Shown: piece after piece, positions 27,693 through 40,376 of the stretch
How the letters are laid out: each line of letters begins with the position of its first letter
Numbering within the stretch: position 1 is the first letter of the stretch
Assembly: GCA_964016885.1 (NCBI GenBank)
Contig: OZ024742.1
Span: 219,108,001 to 219,172,000, forward strand
Reading direction: 5' to 3'
Length of the DNA: 64,000 nt
DNA from: Eledone cirrhosa
Taxonomy: Eukaryota
The notes under the pieces: model-generated
What the model saw: only the letters and a program-made list of their open reading frames with translations
The model's database searches: none
Told to the model about the DNA's origin: nothing
Program-made: the position numbers and the translations under genes

Positions 27693-27715
27693 AGTAAATG
27701 TTCTTAGCATCAACG

Positions 27716-27794
27716 CAACACTACTACCGCCACCACTACAACCATCACAACAGCCACTATCATAACTACCACGGCCTTAATCATTACTACTACA

Positions 27795-27839
<45 letters not shown>

Positions 27840-28072
27840 AACAACAACAACAACAACAACAACAACCACGATCATCACTACAACTTCCACCATTACCAAG
27901 CACAACTACCGCACCACAACTCCCACCCCGAACACTAAAACTCCACCACCACTACTACCACCGCCACCACCCGCATTACCATCACCACCGCCGCCACCAC
28001 TGACACTGCTACAACCTATACCACAACTAGCACAACAACAATCATCAGCATCATCATCATCATCATCAACAA
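27716..28072. repeat. Compound trinucleotide repeat (CAC/CCG/CGA/CAA/CAT)
   Basis: Read directly, with a (CCG)n(CGA)n(CAA)n run at about 27796-27866. Confidence 0.9.
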
Positions 28073-28158
28073 CCCTTACTCTGACAGTGTTACACTCATT
28101 ACCACCTTACTAATATTTTTTTTTTTTTTTTTTTTTTTTTTCTTATATTTATTCACAG

Positions 28159-28325
28159 TTCAAAGGAGTTAATCAAACAAGCTATTCTTGAAAATGACTT
28201 CATGCAGAAGTTGGAAATGCCACAGATCCGTGAGATAGTGGATTGTATGTACCCTGTAGAATATGCTGAGAACAGCCTGATCATCAAGGAGGGGGATGAA
28301 GGTTCGCTGGTATTTGTCATGGAAG
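28159..28325 (+). CDS. PRKG1: cGMP-dependent protein kinase, first exon found in window (start of cNMP-binding domain A)
   Basis: Poly-T tract then cacag| acceptor and |gtacg donor. Translates [55 protein letters not shown], closely matching PKG I (SKDLIKEAILDNDFMKNLE...). Starts in phase 2, so an upstream exon is required. Confidence 0.96.
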
Positions 28326-30626
28326 GTACGTTTCACAAATTATTGCTCTCTAAATTTAACGGAAATCGGTGGAATGAACAATGAGGCGTGATTTGAAAGA
28401 GATTTACGCGTTATGTCTAACCGGTCATGTAACCAGTAAAAATAAAGTCAATGCTAACATATTTAATTTAGTGAGTCGAGAAGGTTTTAATTATTTATCA
28501 TCATCATTACGACTAGAGTCGAACACTCCTGACAAAGTCTCTCCACAATTTATGATTTTCCATTTCACCTGGTTACTGAGGTTCGAATTGTCTCACAGTC
28601 GATAGTTGACTGTTGTAGCAGATTTTCCTCGGCTGCGTCTCCCGTGTGTTGGTTCCCACAATAGTAGCTTATATATAACTTCCAGCTTGCTTCTTCAGTA
28701 ATATCCTGCAAATAGTAACAGTCTTTCAGCAATTGTAGTTTGGACAAGTTTCAGTGTAAACTTTCATTTGTAATACATTGACACCAGTTTATATTTTGTA
28801 CAACACTAAGAATGTTAGTGTATATACCATCTAGTTTCTTCTCAATTGCCTGTACCTGATCCATACAACACTGACTCAACAGTCGTTATTTATATTAAAA
28901 CATAATGAGGGGGGAATTATTACTTAATTACAAATTCTGGTTAAGAAAGGCAAGGGAGACAGCTCTGGTGCTTAAATTAATAAAAAAATATTTAAAAAAC
29001 ATGATGGAACAGATAGGTAATCTAATCTTTAGAAATATGGTGACCTTTATGGACATGTTTCACTCTTGTAATAATCATTTCTACTATAGGCACAAGGTCA
29101 GCAATTTAGGGGAGGGGAAAGTCGATTAAATCGACCCCAGTTCATTACAGATGCTTTATGTTATCGACCCCGTAAGGATGAAAGACCAAGCTAACCTCGG
29201 CAGGATTTTGAACTCAGACCGTAAAGGACCGTGACTGTGTTGCAAAGCATGCTGTCCGATGCTCTACCGATACTGCCAATCCACCACCCACACTCTTGTA
29301 ATAATAGACAGGATTCCTATCCAGAGAGATTTACCTCTCATCCACTTTACGTGACAAATCTACAGCTCAACACTGGATTACATGGATCTCTACTTTCCAA
29401 ACTAATCTCCTTCTTTATGTTATCACTTCTCTCTCTCTCTCTTTTTCATTTTCTCCTTTCACACCGCCTCAACTTCCAATTCTACTGCCACCATACAACT
29501 CGCTCATTTTCAATAACTATATCAGTAAATTATAACTGCACTCAGAATTTCAAGTCAACAACCGATCTTTCTCAATAAATAATATTCCCTTTCGAGATTT
29601 TCAACACCTATAAAACTTGAACAATTCATCAAGACGAGTTGAGAATTTATTCCCATCACTTTTTTAGTCTTTACTCTTCAGTATAAGTTTACCATTTACA
29701 AACCGTTACCTGTGTGCTGTCAGTAAGATATAACCTAACTTCCGCATTATTACAATTATTACTACAGCTAACTAGGGCGGTAGATTGGCCGGCTCGGCAG
29801 AGCGTCGGATAACATGCTTTGTGGCATATAATTACGAACTTTTACAATCTGAGTTCAAATCCCACCGAGGTTAGCTTCACCTTTCATCCTTATGGGGTCA
29901 ATAAAATAAAGTAACAATAACGCGATGGTGTCTACCCCTTCAAATTGCTGGCCTTGTGCCAAATGTAGAATCAATTATTTTATTCATGACCTGGCAGAAT
30001 CGGTAGATCGCCGGACATAATGCTTTGTGGTATTTAGTTACGACTTTCTAATTTCAAATCTCGCCGAAGTCAACTTTACCATTCATATTTCCGGGATCGA
30101 AAAACGAAAGTACCAGTTACGAACTTGGGTCGATTTCATCGACTTTCCCCTTCCCATCAAATTGCCGACCTTGTGTCAAAAGTAGAAACATTACATCTAA
30201 CTAGGGGGTAGCAGAATTACCAGAGGCTCTTGTGGTACTTATTCAGGATTTTAAATTCTGAATTCAAATCCTGCTGAGATCAATTTTGACTTTCATCATT
30301 CCAGGGTTGATATGATAATGTACGAGTCATTAACTGGGGTTGGTATAGTCAGCAGTTCTCCTCTCTCCATATTTCTGACGGAGTTTGCCCCAGCTGGAGC
30401 AGAAACTTCAGGCTGGTTCGTTGCTCTGTTCGCAACACTCGACCGTCTAAAATTGAGGAGCTGTTAACAAAACAACGTGAAAAAACATACAATGGCTGCG
30501 GAGAGCTGAGATCGCAGTTATATACTTCCAGGACATTACACCTCTTGGTGACGCAACCCGCTAATCCATACCCGGCTCATAGCTCACACAGCACACTGTC
30601 CTGTTACTTTTCGGACACATCTCGTG

Positions 30627-33061
30627 TGTATATATATATATAGTTAGTAGCGCCACGAGTAATCAGTTTGATAGAAAGATGTGTTTATGTTATATCGACA
30701 AACGAGTAACATGATAATAACGTCAACAAGAAGAATGTTCGTGAGATAAAATGTATGTTTATTTTCATTGTAGCACAAAGTAATGTTTTTTTAATTTGTA
30801 TGGTTGAAGTTAAACATAAAAAGGTTACAAAAGGGATGTGCCATTGTGGCAAGCCCAAGGCAGGCCGGCAGGCGTAAGTGCAAATCTCACCGTTACATAT
30901 TGTACGTGTCGGTCCTTCGGCGTTGAAGCAGCAAGAGACCAAGTGGTCTTTACTATCCCATGGTCAGGATTCGAGAGATTGATTTCTCTAATTCACGCGG
31001 GAATTTCTCCCTCAGGGCGCGTAGAGATACATTCTCTTCTGCTGGCGCTGATTGACTGAGCTGAGCCAAATCATGCACAGAGAATGTATGTGAGCCCGCG
31101 GAATGTAGGTCACTACAATACCCCCTTCCTAGTCGTAAGACGATACAGATTATTGAATCAGCAGGAAAAATGCTGAAAGAGCACATCAATGAAAAAATTG
31201 AACAAAAGAATACATGCAAGAAGAAAAATGAGGCGCTAAGGGCCGTGTTGAGCCGCTGTGTCAAATGACTAGCTGTTTTGCTATTTATACGTGACCACCA
31301 GGGGTCTAACAGAAAAACGGATAAAGTCTGACATGGACGAAGTTGCTGTTCTTGCATTAAATGTTAATGGCAAGTGTTGTACCAGTAGCTGTGGATCAAG
31401 CTATTATGGTAGTTTACCAGTGCTGGCAAGAAAATGATGGGTAGGCGAGAAAATGTCAGCCTCCTAGATGTATTGCCGAAAGTGTTAGGCATCCAGGAAA
31501 AACTGGCTGGTTGCTTTGAAAAGAAAAAAAGCAAGTTGAATCTGTAGGTGGGTAGTAGTTGAAATGTAAATTCCATAACTCTGGCGAATCCATAGGAGAA
31601 ATGGTGGAAATGCTGACAAGTCCAGTTCCATTTGTTTTTTTCCCAGTGAGTCGGGTAAAGTAACAAGATGGAGGTTGTTATGCTATAGGACGATGAGTGT
31701 GCAGCGAGATGCGAACTGTTTGAATCCAGCTGCAGTTAGCATTCTCGTGTTGCGGTGCCAGTTTGAGTTCAGGTGAATTAAGCTGCTAAGTGTCGACAGC
31801 ATGTTTGGTGTCTCCACAAAGTGAGAAGGGATCTCGCAGAATATTACAACGCTTGAAGATCATTTACTAAGGCAACAACATGTTGGTGTGTGTGTCAAAG
31901 AAATATGTGTGCATATGCAGGCATGTAATACAGAAAAGAATGTGTGGGTGCAGTCATATATACAATGATAAAGAAAATGATGCAGTCATATATAAAATGA
32001 TTAAAAAAAATAAATGTCCGAACATTGCCTGTAAAAAGAGAAAGAAAGAAAGAATTGTTTTTTAACAAAAAGTTCGCTTTTTCTTTTCCTTAAAATTTCT
32101 TTGTGATCGCTCTTACTAGGAAGCTAGTAGAGTTGTTGTTATCAAAGCAAAGTCACAGTAAATCTTCTGTAGAATCGAAGTCGCACGCCGAAAAGCTGAG
32201 AGTCACCACGTGAGTTTGGTGTTTTGCTTGTTAGTATTGCAGAAAGCCGTATCGAAAGAAAAAAGAAATGTCTCCGGGCTATAATTTTGAAAATACAGCT
32301 AATTTTTTTCTTTCAATAATGTTGTCGTGGACGCTGCTTTTGATGGTGCTGAAGTTGTTATAGTAGCCGTGTCGAAGCTGTGGCAGTAGTAGCGGCGGTT
32401 TAACTACAAAGGTGTCTCTATGCTGCGTCAGTTGCTGCTGATGTCTTGTAGTAGAGAAGCACTTGGTGGTAGCCATTTTGAAATTTCCTCGTGGCGAAAA
32501 GTTTTTGAAATACTGCTAATTATTTTAATTTTAAAAGGAATATTTTGTATTTAAAATATTCCTCATGTCAGGTCACCAATTTGGCAGCTAATTGTGTTAT
32601 AGTTAGTAGCGCCACGAGTAATCAGTTTTGGAGAAAGATGTGTTTATGTTATATCGACAAACGAGTAACATGATAATAACGTCAACAAGAAGAATGTTCG
32701 TGAGATGAAATGTATGTTTATTTTCATTGTAGCACAAAGTAATGTTTGTTAATTTGTATGGTTGAAGTTAAACATAAAAAGGTTAAAAAAGGAATGTGCC
32801 AAGGCAGGCCGGCAGGCCAAAGTGCAAATCTCACCGTTACATATTGTACGTGTCGGTCCTTCGGCGTTGAAGCAGCAAGAGACCAAGTGGTCTTTACTAT
32901 CCCATGGTCAGGATTCGAGAGATTGATTTCTCTAATTCACGCGGGAATTTCTCCCTCAGGGCGCGTAGGGATACATTTTCTTCTGCTGGCGCTGATTGGC
33001 TGAGCTGAGCCAAATCACGCACAGAGAATGTATGTGAGCCCGCGGAATGTAGGTCACTACA
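30627..33061 (-). mobile_element. Short non-autonomous LTR retrotransposon (LTRs at about 30627-31117 and 32595-33061)
   Basis: Direct repeats of about 470-490 bp with TG...CA ends. On the minus strand there is a polypurine tract (ggaagggggtat) next to the left LTR and a PBS-like tggtgacctgacatga near the right LTR. The ~1.5 kb interior has no recognisable pol. Confidence 0.8.
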
Positions 33062-34009
33062 TGGTCATAGCAAAACTGGCTCTACAGGGAACTGTCTTGA
33101 GAATTATGGTTCATCATCCAGACGTGCATTAAGCATGTAGCATTGCATAGACGTGGCAGGTCCAAATTTCTCAAAAGGATGTTGGGAGTTCCAATCTTTT
33201 ATATTATATATATAGACATAAACGTCTAGAAATAGCCGTCGAAACGGCTTAAGCTCTGCCGTCGGGGTCTTGAACATGTTCCTATAGACATAAACATATA
33301 TATATAAATGTGTGTGTGTGGGGGGGGGGTGTAAACCAGCGTTCAAATCTACGGAGATAATGGCCTTGATACCTGAGTATCGCTGACAACGCAGAGAGAA
33401 TCCCTTATGGTTGTCTCTCATCCTGCTAGAAATAGCAGTCGGGTTGGTTAGCATATCCGGGATGTTTTTCTTCTTTTTGATGTTATAAAATGAGTATCAA
33501 TAAACTTTCCTGGGTATAGCCTTATTCCATTGGTGTACTTACTTTTCGATTATCGTTTTCGTTTTTGTGTGATGTGCGAAAAACCAGCCAACATCTCTCT
33601 TTTATATTATATATAGATTTACTCATGTAATGGGTGTACATGTCACGTTCGTACATGAGTGTTTGTGATTACTCTTTTACGGTTGTGTGTGTATGTATTA
33701 TGCACATTACGATTGTGTGTTTGTGTTCATTCCAGGAAACTTATATTGAAAATCTTTGGCAATGTTTTACTAATCATCGCAGCACCATTAATCATTTGTA
33801 TTTTGGGGGATATGAATTAGTTTACTTTTTTCTTACTTGTAAAACCTCAGCATTTACAGATTTTTATGCAAATCGCAGGGGCGTTGGAACTGGGTAGGAG
33901 GGGACCAGTCACCCCCCAATAAATTATCTTTTTACCCCCAACTACCATAACACACATATATTTGTGTATGCGCTACAATTTATGTACATGTTATGTAGAG
34001 ACAGATGGC

Positions 34010-35200
34010 AGAGATAGATATAGATATAGAGGGGGGGAGTGTTTGGTGGTAATTGATATAGAGAGGAAGGTCGGGAGAGTGTGTTGTATATTAGATATAG
34101 AGAGGGGGAGAGATTGATATTTATTGATGGAGTAAGGGATATTGGAAGAGAGTTCCATGTGCATATAGAGAGGGGGGGGGGGTACTAATTGATATAGAGG
34201 GGGGAATGGAAGAGAGTACTGTGTAGTAGATATAGAGAGGGGGAGAGTTTGGTGTTACTTGATATAAAGAGGGGAATTGGAAGAGAGTTCCGTGTGGTAG
34301 ATATAAAGGGGGTGAGGGTTTGGTGGCTGTGAATAGAGTGAGGGGATTGATAGAGATAGGTATTGATAGATATAGAGAGGGGAAGAGTTTGATAGTGATG
34401 GATAGAGTGAGAAGGAATGAGAGAGAGTGTTGTATGGTAGATATAGAGATGGAGATAGTTTGGTGGTAATTGATATAGTGAGGGTGATTGGGAGAGTGTT
34501 TTGTATATTAGATATAGAGAAGGGGGAGAGTTTGGTGTTACTTAATATAGAGAGGGGTATTGGAAGAGTATGTTATATGGTTGATGTAGAGAGGGGGAGA
34601 GTTTGGTAGATATAGATATTGATAGCTATAGAGAAGGAGAGAGTTCAGTGTGGTAGATATAGAGAGGGAGTGAGGGTTTGGTGGTTATGAATAGAGATAG
34701 GTATTGATAGATATAGAGAGAGGAAGAGTTTGGTAGTAATGGATAGAGTGAGAAGGAATGAGAGAGAGTGTTGTATGGTAAATATAGAGAGGGGGATTGT
34801 TTGGTGGTAATTGATATAGTGAGGGGGAGGAATGAGAGAGTGGTGTATAGCAGATATAGAGAGGGGGATAGTTTGGTGGTAATTGATATAGTGAGGGGGT
34901 TGGGAGAGTGTGTTGTATATTAGATATAGAGAGGAGGGAGTGATTGGTGTTTATTGATATAATTAGGGATATTGGAAGAGTTCCGTGTCGTAGATATAGA
35001 GAGGGGGAGAGTTTGATGTTAATAGTAGCTATAGAGAGTGATAGAATTTGGTGGGTGTAGGTATACAGAGAGGGATAATGGAAGAGTCCCATGTAGTAGA
35101 TATAGAAAGTAGGAGAGTTTAGGCGTGATTGATATACAGAGGGGAATTGTGAGAGATAAATGTAGATGTTTATAGAAACGGAAGTGAGAGAGGTAATCAG
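34010..35200. repeat. Degenerate GA-rich minisatellite
   Basis: Recurrent gatatagagagggggagagtttggtggtaattgatata motif with local duplications. Confidence 0.85.
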
Positions 35201-36321
35201 TATATAGAGATAATGATTTTTAATGTAAAAGAAAATTATTAGATTCTCTAGCTGCTGTATCAATATGAATCACTTACAATAACATTTTGCCGGAGATAGA
35301 TTAGCAAAATTTAATAAGCTGTGGGTAGGGACGATTATTCAAGAACTGAGAGTACGTGAATTATTGACAGATGTAAGATTGAAAACCCAATAACGAAGTA
35401 GAAATCAAATATTCATTTATTATTGTTACTCTGGAGTCTCACCTGCGTACTCATCAGACAAGACTGGTGATCCAAAGAGCTAAACTAATCACTACACCTA
35501 AATTGTCCAAATTTGCCACTCCCTCCAATTCACAAATGCTTCCACCGCCCTTGAATCCTTTCTGACATATCCCAATATGTGCAAATGATAATCTATAACA
35601 TGCATTCAGAGGTTGTAAGTTCCGATAGATGTTCTCTTTTTTTTTTTCATAAATTTAGATGAGCTATTCACATTTACAGAGTATCTGACCTCGATAACAG
35701 TGAATTACGAGCGGACTCCCTTGCAATATTTGTTCTGCGCCGAGTTACAATTACTCCCTTGTCACTCTTGCCATCAGAAATGCAGTAAAATTAATGTTCG
35801 CTGGAAACCAGCGACACTATTGTTTTTCAAATGTAATCTTTAAACAAATAATAAGTAAAAGAAGTGGTGCGGTGTAAAAGTGACTTATTTACTGTATTTA
35901 GTTATATCACTTAAAAGTTCTGAATTCAAATCTAACCGAAGTCGAATTTTTTACCTTTCTGCATTCTGGGGTCCGATGAATGCATATTGACTAAAACCCT
36001 CTTTCCTCGAATATGTAGGCTTGTGACACCCATTTCAAATATCATTATTAAAAATATCTGAGTATGTGTTTAAGTATGTGCGTTTAAATGTGTGTGTGGG
36101 GGAGGGTTAAAAGTTAAGGTGTGTAGACCATCTAGAGGATCATCAGGCCGAAGCTTTAACCCGGTTTCATTAACATTAATTGACTGGGTGTATAAGACTC
36201 CTGCCTACATATGTGTATTTATATAATTCAGTCATCTGTGTGTTTGTATATGTATGTATGGATTAATATTTTATTGTTTTATATCATTCTGTTTCCAATG
36301 TTTCCACTTATTTTTTTACAG

Positions 36322-36435
36322 AGGGTAAGGTGGAAGTGACAAAAGAGGGCCAAAAGTTGTGTCGAATCGGGCCTGGGAAGGTATTCGGAGAATTGGCAAC
36401 CCTATACAATTGTACCCGTACTGCCAGTGTTAGAG
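36322..36435 (+). CDS. PRKG1: PKG exon, CNB-A phosphate-binding cassette
   Basis: ttttacag| ... |gtaag. (E)[37 protein letters not shown], phase-compatible with both neighbours. Confidence 0.96.
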
Positions 36436-36499
36436 GTAAGCTTTAAATTGAAACTAAACTGCTTGATAAATGTGATTCTTGTTGCTGCTACTTTATTTA

Positions 36500-38350
36500 A
36501 GGCTAGTGTATCCATATATATAGGGAACACTATCAAACACCTTTTCGTACTCGATCCATGCCATTCTGAAGTTTTTTTCTGCAGTTTTCAGTTATGGCTT
36601 TATTGATTAGCAACTGATCTTTATAGCCATATGAGACATTGCAGCATCCTTTCTGTTCTTCTGGGAGCATGTTATTTTTTCCATGTGTTTGATCAGAATC
36701 TGCGATACTATTGCAATTAAAATTTTGTATATAGTTGGCAGACATGTTATGGGCCTGTAGTTTGGGAGATTTGCTGTATCCTTATTCTTGGGGATCAGGA
36801 TGGTTTTGCCCTTAGTGAGCCAGTCAGGTGGGGGGTTTTTTCTGGCTTTGTCGGCAACTCATTAAAGTTTTTTGCAAGTGCATCATACGTCCCTGCTAAT
36901 TATTTCAGCCAAAAGTTGGGGACCTTGTCATGTCCCGGTGCGTTCCAGTTGCTGGGGGGGGGGGGGGTTCTTAGTGTGCTAAACACATATGTTGTAATAC
37001 CCTCCAACAGTTGTTCAGCTGCTGCATTCGTTTTTCTTGCTAGTTTTGTGCAAGGTAATTTCTCTTCTCCTTCTGTCCATAGTCTTCTTCAGAACTCTTC
37101 AACTTCTTTTACTTTCGGGGCTATATTTACATCTATTTTGCTCCTCTTAATAGAGTCCTTTTGGATTGGAGCAAAGTAGCTGGCTTTGTTCAAAAACCTT
37201 TTGGCGCTTTTTATATCTCCGGATTCCTTGTGCCTTTGCAAGTATTTGTTGTTTTAGGCATTTTTTAGTCTCCAGGATTTCCTTTTCTGTTGTAATATAT
37301 TTCTTTAATATTTTTATTTTCTTTCCTATTCCTTGTCTTGTTGTTTTCCTTCCTATTTCATTTAAGATTGAGAGGTCTTTTATTTTATTTTCTATCATAT
37401 TTTGTATCTTTGATTTCCATGTTTGTGCGAGTTTTGTTTTTCATGCTTGTGTAGATCTAAGGGGGTACCCACTTTCTTTTATAACAACAGTGGTTGCTGC
37501 ATTTAGCCTTGTGATGTTTTTATTCATGTTTATTAAATTCATGATGACTAACTTAGCGGGGCTTTTTTTTATAATTGTTGTTATTTTATTATTAATGTTT
37601 AACTTTGGTCCATAGGAAGATCTATTGTTTGGAGTTCTTAGACTATTTCAATCTTTATCCTGTTGTAGTCTTGAGTTTCGTGTTTAGGGTTTCTTTTTCC
37701 TACATCTTTCTCCTCATATTTCTTTTCATTTGTATATTTGGTTGTGTTGTCCTGAATCGGTTTCTGTTGGTTAGTATTGTATGTTATTTAGGGTTGGGGT
37801 TTATTGCGTTTTGTTGTCTACTTTATCTGTTTTGGATATGTTGGCTTTTTCTTCATGTTTTAAATTCTCAATATATTTATGTTCGTTAGTTGTTTTGTGT
37901 TCGTTATTTGTGTTTTCGTGTGTATTTGTTCTTTTAAATAGTCTATTTCCATTTCTGATGATTATAATATATTTTTTAATATGTAACTTCTTAAATTTGT
38001 TAGTTTGTTGTGGGTGAGCTTTAAATCAGACTGTGGGCTGCTTTTTTTTCTTCGCCAGATTTTATTTGTGTGTTGTGTTATCATTTTTAGGGTATAGTGT
38101 TGCTTTAAAATATGCGTGTAGAATTGAAGCATATGCCTCACGTGTCCATTTGTGTCTTTGATTTTTCTTGTGTCACTTGAGGGGTAAAGTCCGGCCCATC
38201 ATTTATAATGTTATCATTTTTGTTGGGTATGGGCCTTTGTGCTTCTTAATTTGTACGTTTTTGCGCTCATCGATCTTCGTACAATTTGTTTTCTTAAGTT
38301 CAAAGAACGAACATCGTAGATCTTTCGCTGTTTTTAGAATATAAGAACTA
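36500..38350 (-). mobile_element. 5' half of a decayed R4-type element (N-terminal region to start of RT)
   Basis: Minus strand: RHKWTREAY..ILHAYF, KQQILAKAQGIRRY, PEEQKGC...KDQLLINKAI. Confidence 0.8.
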
Positions 38351-38401
38351 TAATTCAATCGATAACTTTTTTGTTACTTATATGTATCCGTACTCCTTTT
38401 T

Positions 38402-39100
38402 TTATTTTGGTTGTAAACTCTCTGCGTTGTGTGGTGGTTGTTTTGCCGTCTCCACTTTCAATTCGGAGTCCCTGGTGATTTGTTCAACCTCTTTACTCGC
38501 AATATTCAAGTCCTTTGGTATGGCTACATCTATGATCTGACAGTATTTATCTTTCTTGTTTAATACAATAATGTCCGGTCGGCGATTATCAATTACTCTA
38601 TCAGTCTGAAAATCATAATCGCAGAACATCATGGCTTTTCCATCTTCCTGCATTACAAGGCACATGTTCATACCAATTCTCTATTACTTCATATTGGTAT
38701 TTACGACATTACAGCCAATAACGATACAAACAGACTTTATCATGGCACCGCTTGTATTCTTTTTGCGCAAGGCTCTCACATTCACTTACCGATTCTTTTC
38801 ACAGAGTCTACATTTCTGGGTGTTAGAAGTTTTGTAGATGTTATACATCACCAAATTGGTAGCAAGAGCTTGGTCTCGTGCTGCAATTATAAGGCTTTGG
38901 GTGGTACGCTTCAAATCACCTTGCTTAAGCCATATCCATAATATTGTTTTATCCTTGATATCCTGCGTATTTCTTCCAAACTCCCAGTGCATTCTCATTT
39001 CCAGATCTTTTCTTTCCTCTTCAACTCTTTGGTTAAATTCTTCCTTACCAACCAATCCGTCTGCACCTATACTTAGATCTCGATTATAATAGCAAATATT
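38402..39100 (-). mobile_element. 3' (zinc knuckle and RLE) fragment of an R4-type element
   Basis: WLKQGDLKRTTQSLIIAARDQAL, CRLC and NRRPDIIV..IIDVAIP motifs. Confidence 0.82.
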
Positions 39101-39665
39101 TATAAGAGAACTTCAAATACTGAAGTGGAGAAAGGTTCCATGCCAACGGTGGTTAAACACCAGTCAGTCGGTCCTAGGAAGCGGGTGAAAGCTTGTATGA
39201 AAGGTATCAGATCAATCCTTCCCTCATTGTCAGCATCCAAACGATGTGTGGTAGAATACGAAGAAAATAAAAATAGTTTTCTTTTCGTTATTTCTCGAAA
39301 AACATTGAATAATTTTCTTTATAAATCTTCAAATGAAGCTACTTTCATGGCAAGTCGGTCATCAATATAGCAAATGAAGAGATGTCTTATTGAAACTTGA
39401 AAAATTACTCGTCCTTCTCATTTAACTCTCGAAACTTAGTATGGAGACTGTGTTTCTTAAAGAGTAACAAAAGTGATATGGACCAGATATTTTCGCTTCC
39501 ATGAACGAACATCACCTTCTGAAATTGGTAATGAGTGAAATTAACTGAGTACAAGGAATCGAACCCCACAGGCGCATCTGTCCACATTTTTCCATATCCA
39601 GGAGTACTTTACTAGATATTTTTCATATATTATTTATAGTGATTGACTATCATTATGACTGATTA

Positions 39666-40041
39666 GGGCGGTGGATTGGCAGTATCAGTAGAGAGTCGGA
39701 CGCCATGCTTTCAAGCATAGTTACGTCCCTTTACGATCTGAGTTCAAATCCCGCCCGAGGTTGACTTTGCCTTTCATCCTTACGGGGTCGATAAAATAAA
39801 GTACCAGTAATGCACTGGGTAATTGCTGGCCTTGTGCCTAAAGTAGAGACAATTATGACTGATTGGCAGTATCGGTAGAGAGTCGGACACAATGCTTTGA
39901 AGCATAGAGTTACGTCCCTTTATGATCTGAGTTCAAATCCCGCCGAGGTTAACTTTGCCTTTCATCCTTACAGGGTCGATAAAATAAAGTACCAGTAATG
40001 TACTGGGTAATTGCTGGCCTTGTGCCTAAAAATAGAAACAA
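39666..40041 (+). mobile_element. Two head-to-tail SINE copies
   Basis: Two consensus copies. The first is flanked by the direct repeat attatgactgatt. Confidence 0.87.
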
Positions 40042-40270
40042 TTATAACTATTTGCGTTGGGACGCACACATTACTATTGTTGTTGTAAGATAAAGCTACC
40101 CAGCTCCATTTGACCAGACCTAGCTAACTCCATAGAATTAAGGTATTTCTAAAGATTTTAAAATTCTAGTTTCGTCACGTTTCTTCTTACAATTGTATAA
40201 CCTTTCAAAGAAACAACTAAATATGTTGAACTATAGGATTTCTTTAACTTCTCTTCTGTCTCTTTTTCAG

Positions 40271-40376
40271 CCCTTACTCCGTGTAGACTATGGGCCATCG
40301 ACCGACCAAGCTTTCAAAGTATAATGATGAGTACAGGGTTGTTACGGCACTCTGAAAATATGGCGCTGTTGAGAAG
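40271..40376 (+). CDS. PRKG1: PKG exon, end of CNB-A
   Basis: tttttcag| ... |gttagt. (A)LTPCRLWAIDRPSFQSIMMSTGLLRHSENMALLR(S). Confidence 0.95.

Noticed and set aside
26437-27693. 418-aa ORF, or a possible CRISPR array
   Set aside because: It is a translation of a 39-bp minisatellite with a GTG start. The repeats are contiguous with no unique spacers, and the context is eukaryotic.
27698-28003. His/Arg/Gln-rich ORF as a candidate PKG N-terminal exon
   Set aside because: It is a trinucleotide repeat that ends in a stop, with no suitable donor and no PKG-like motif.
34685-35263. 192-aa minus-strand ORF
   Set aside because: It derives from the GA-rich minisatellite and has no recognisable domain.
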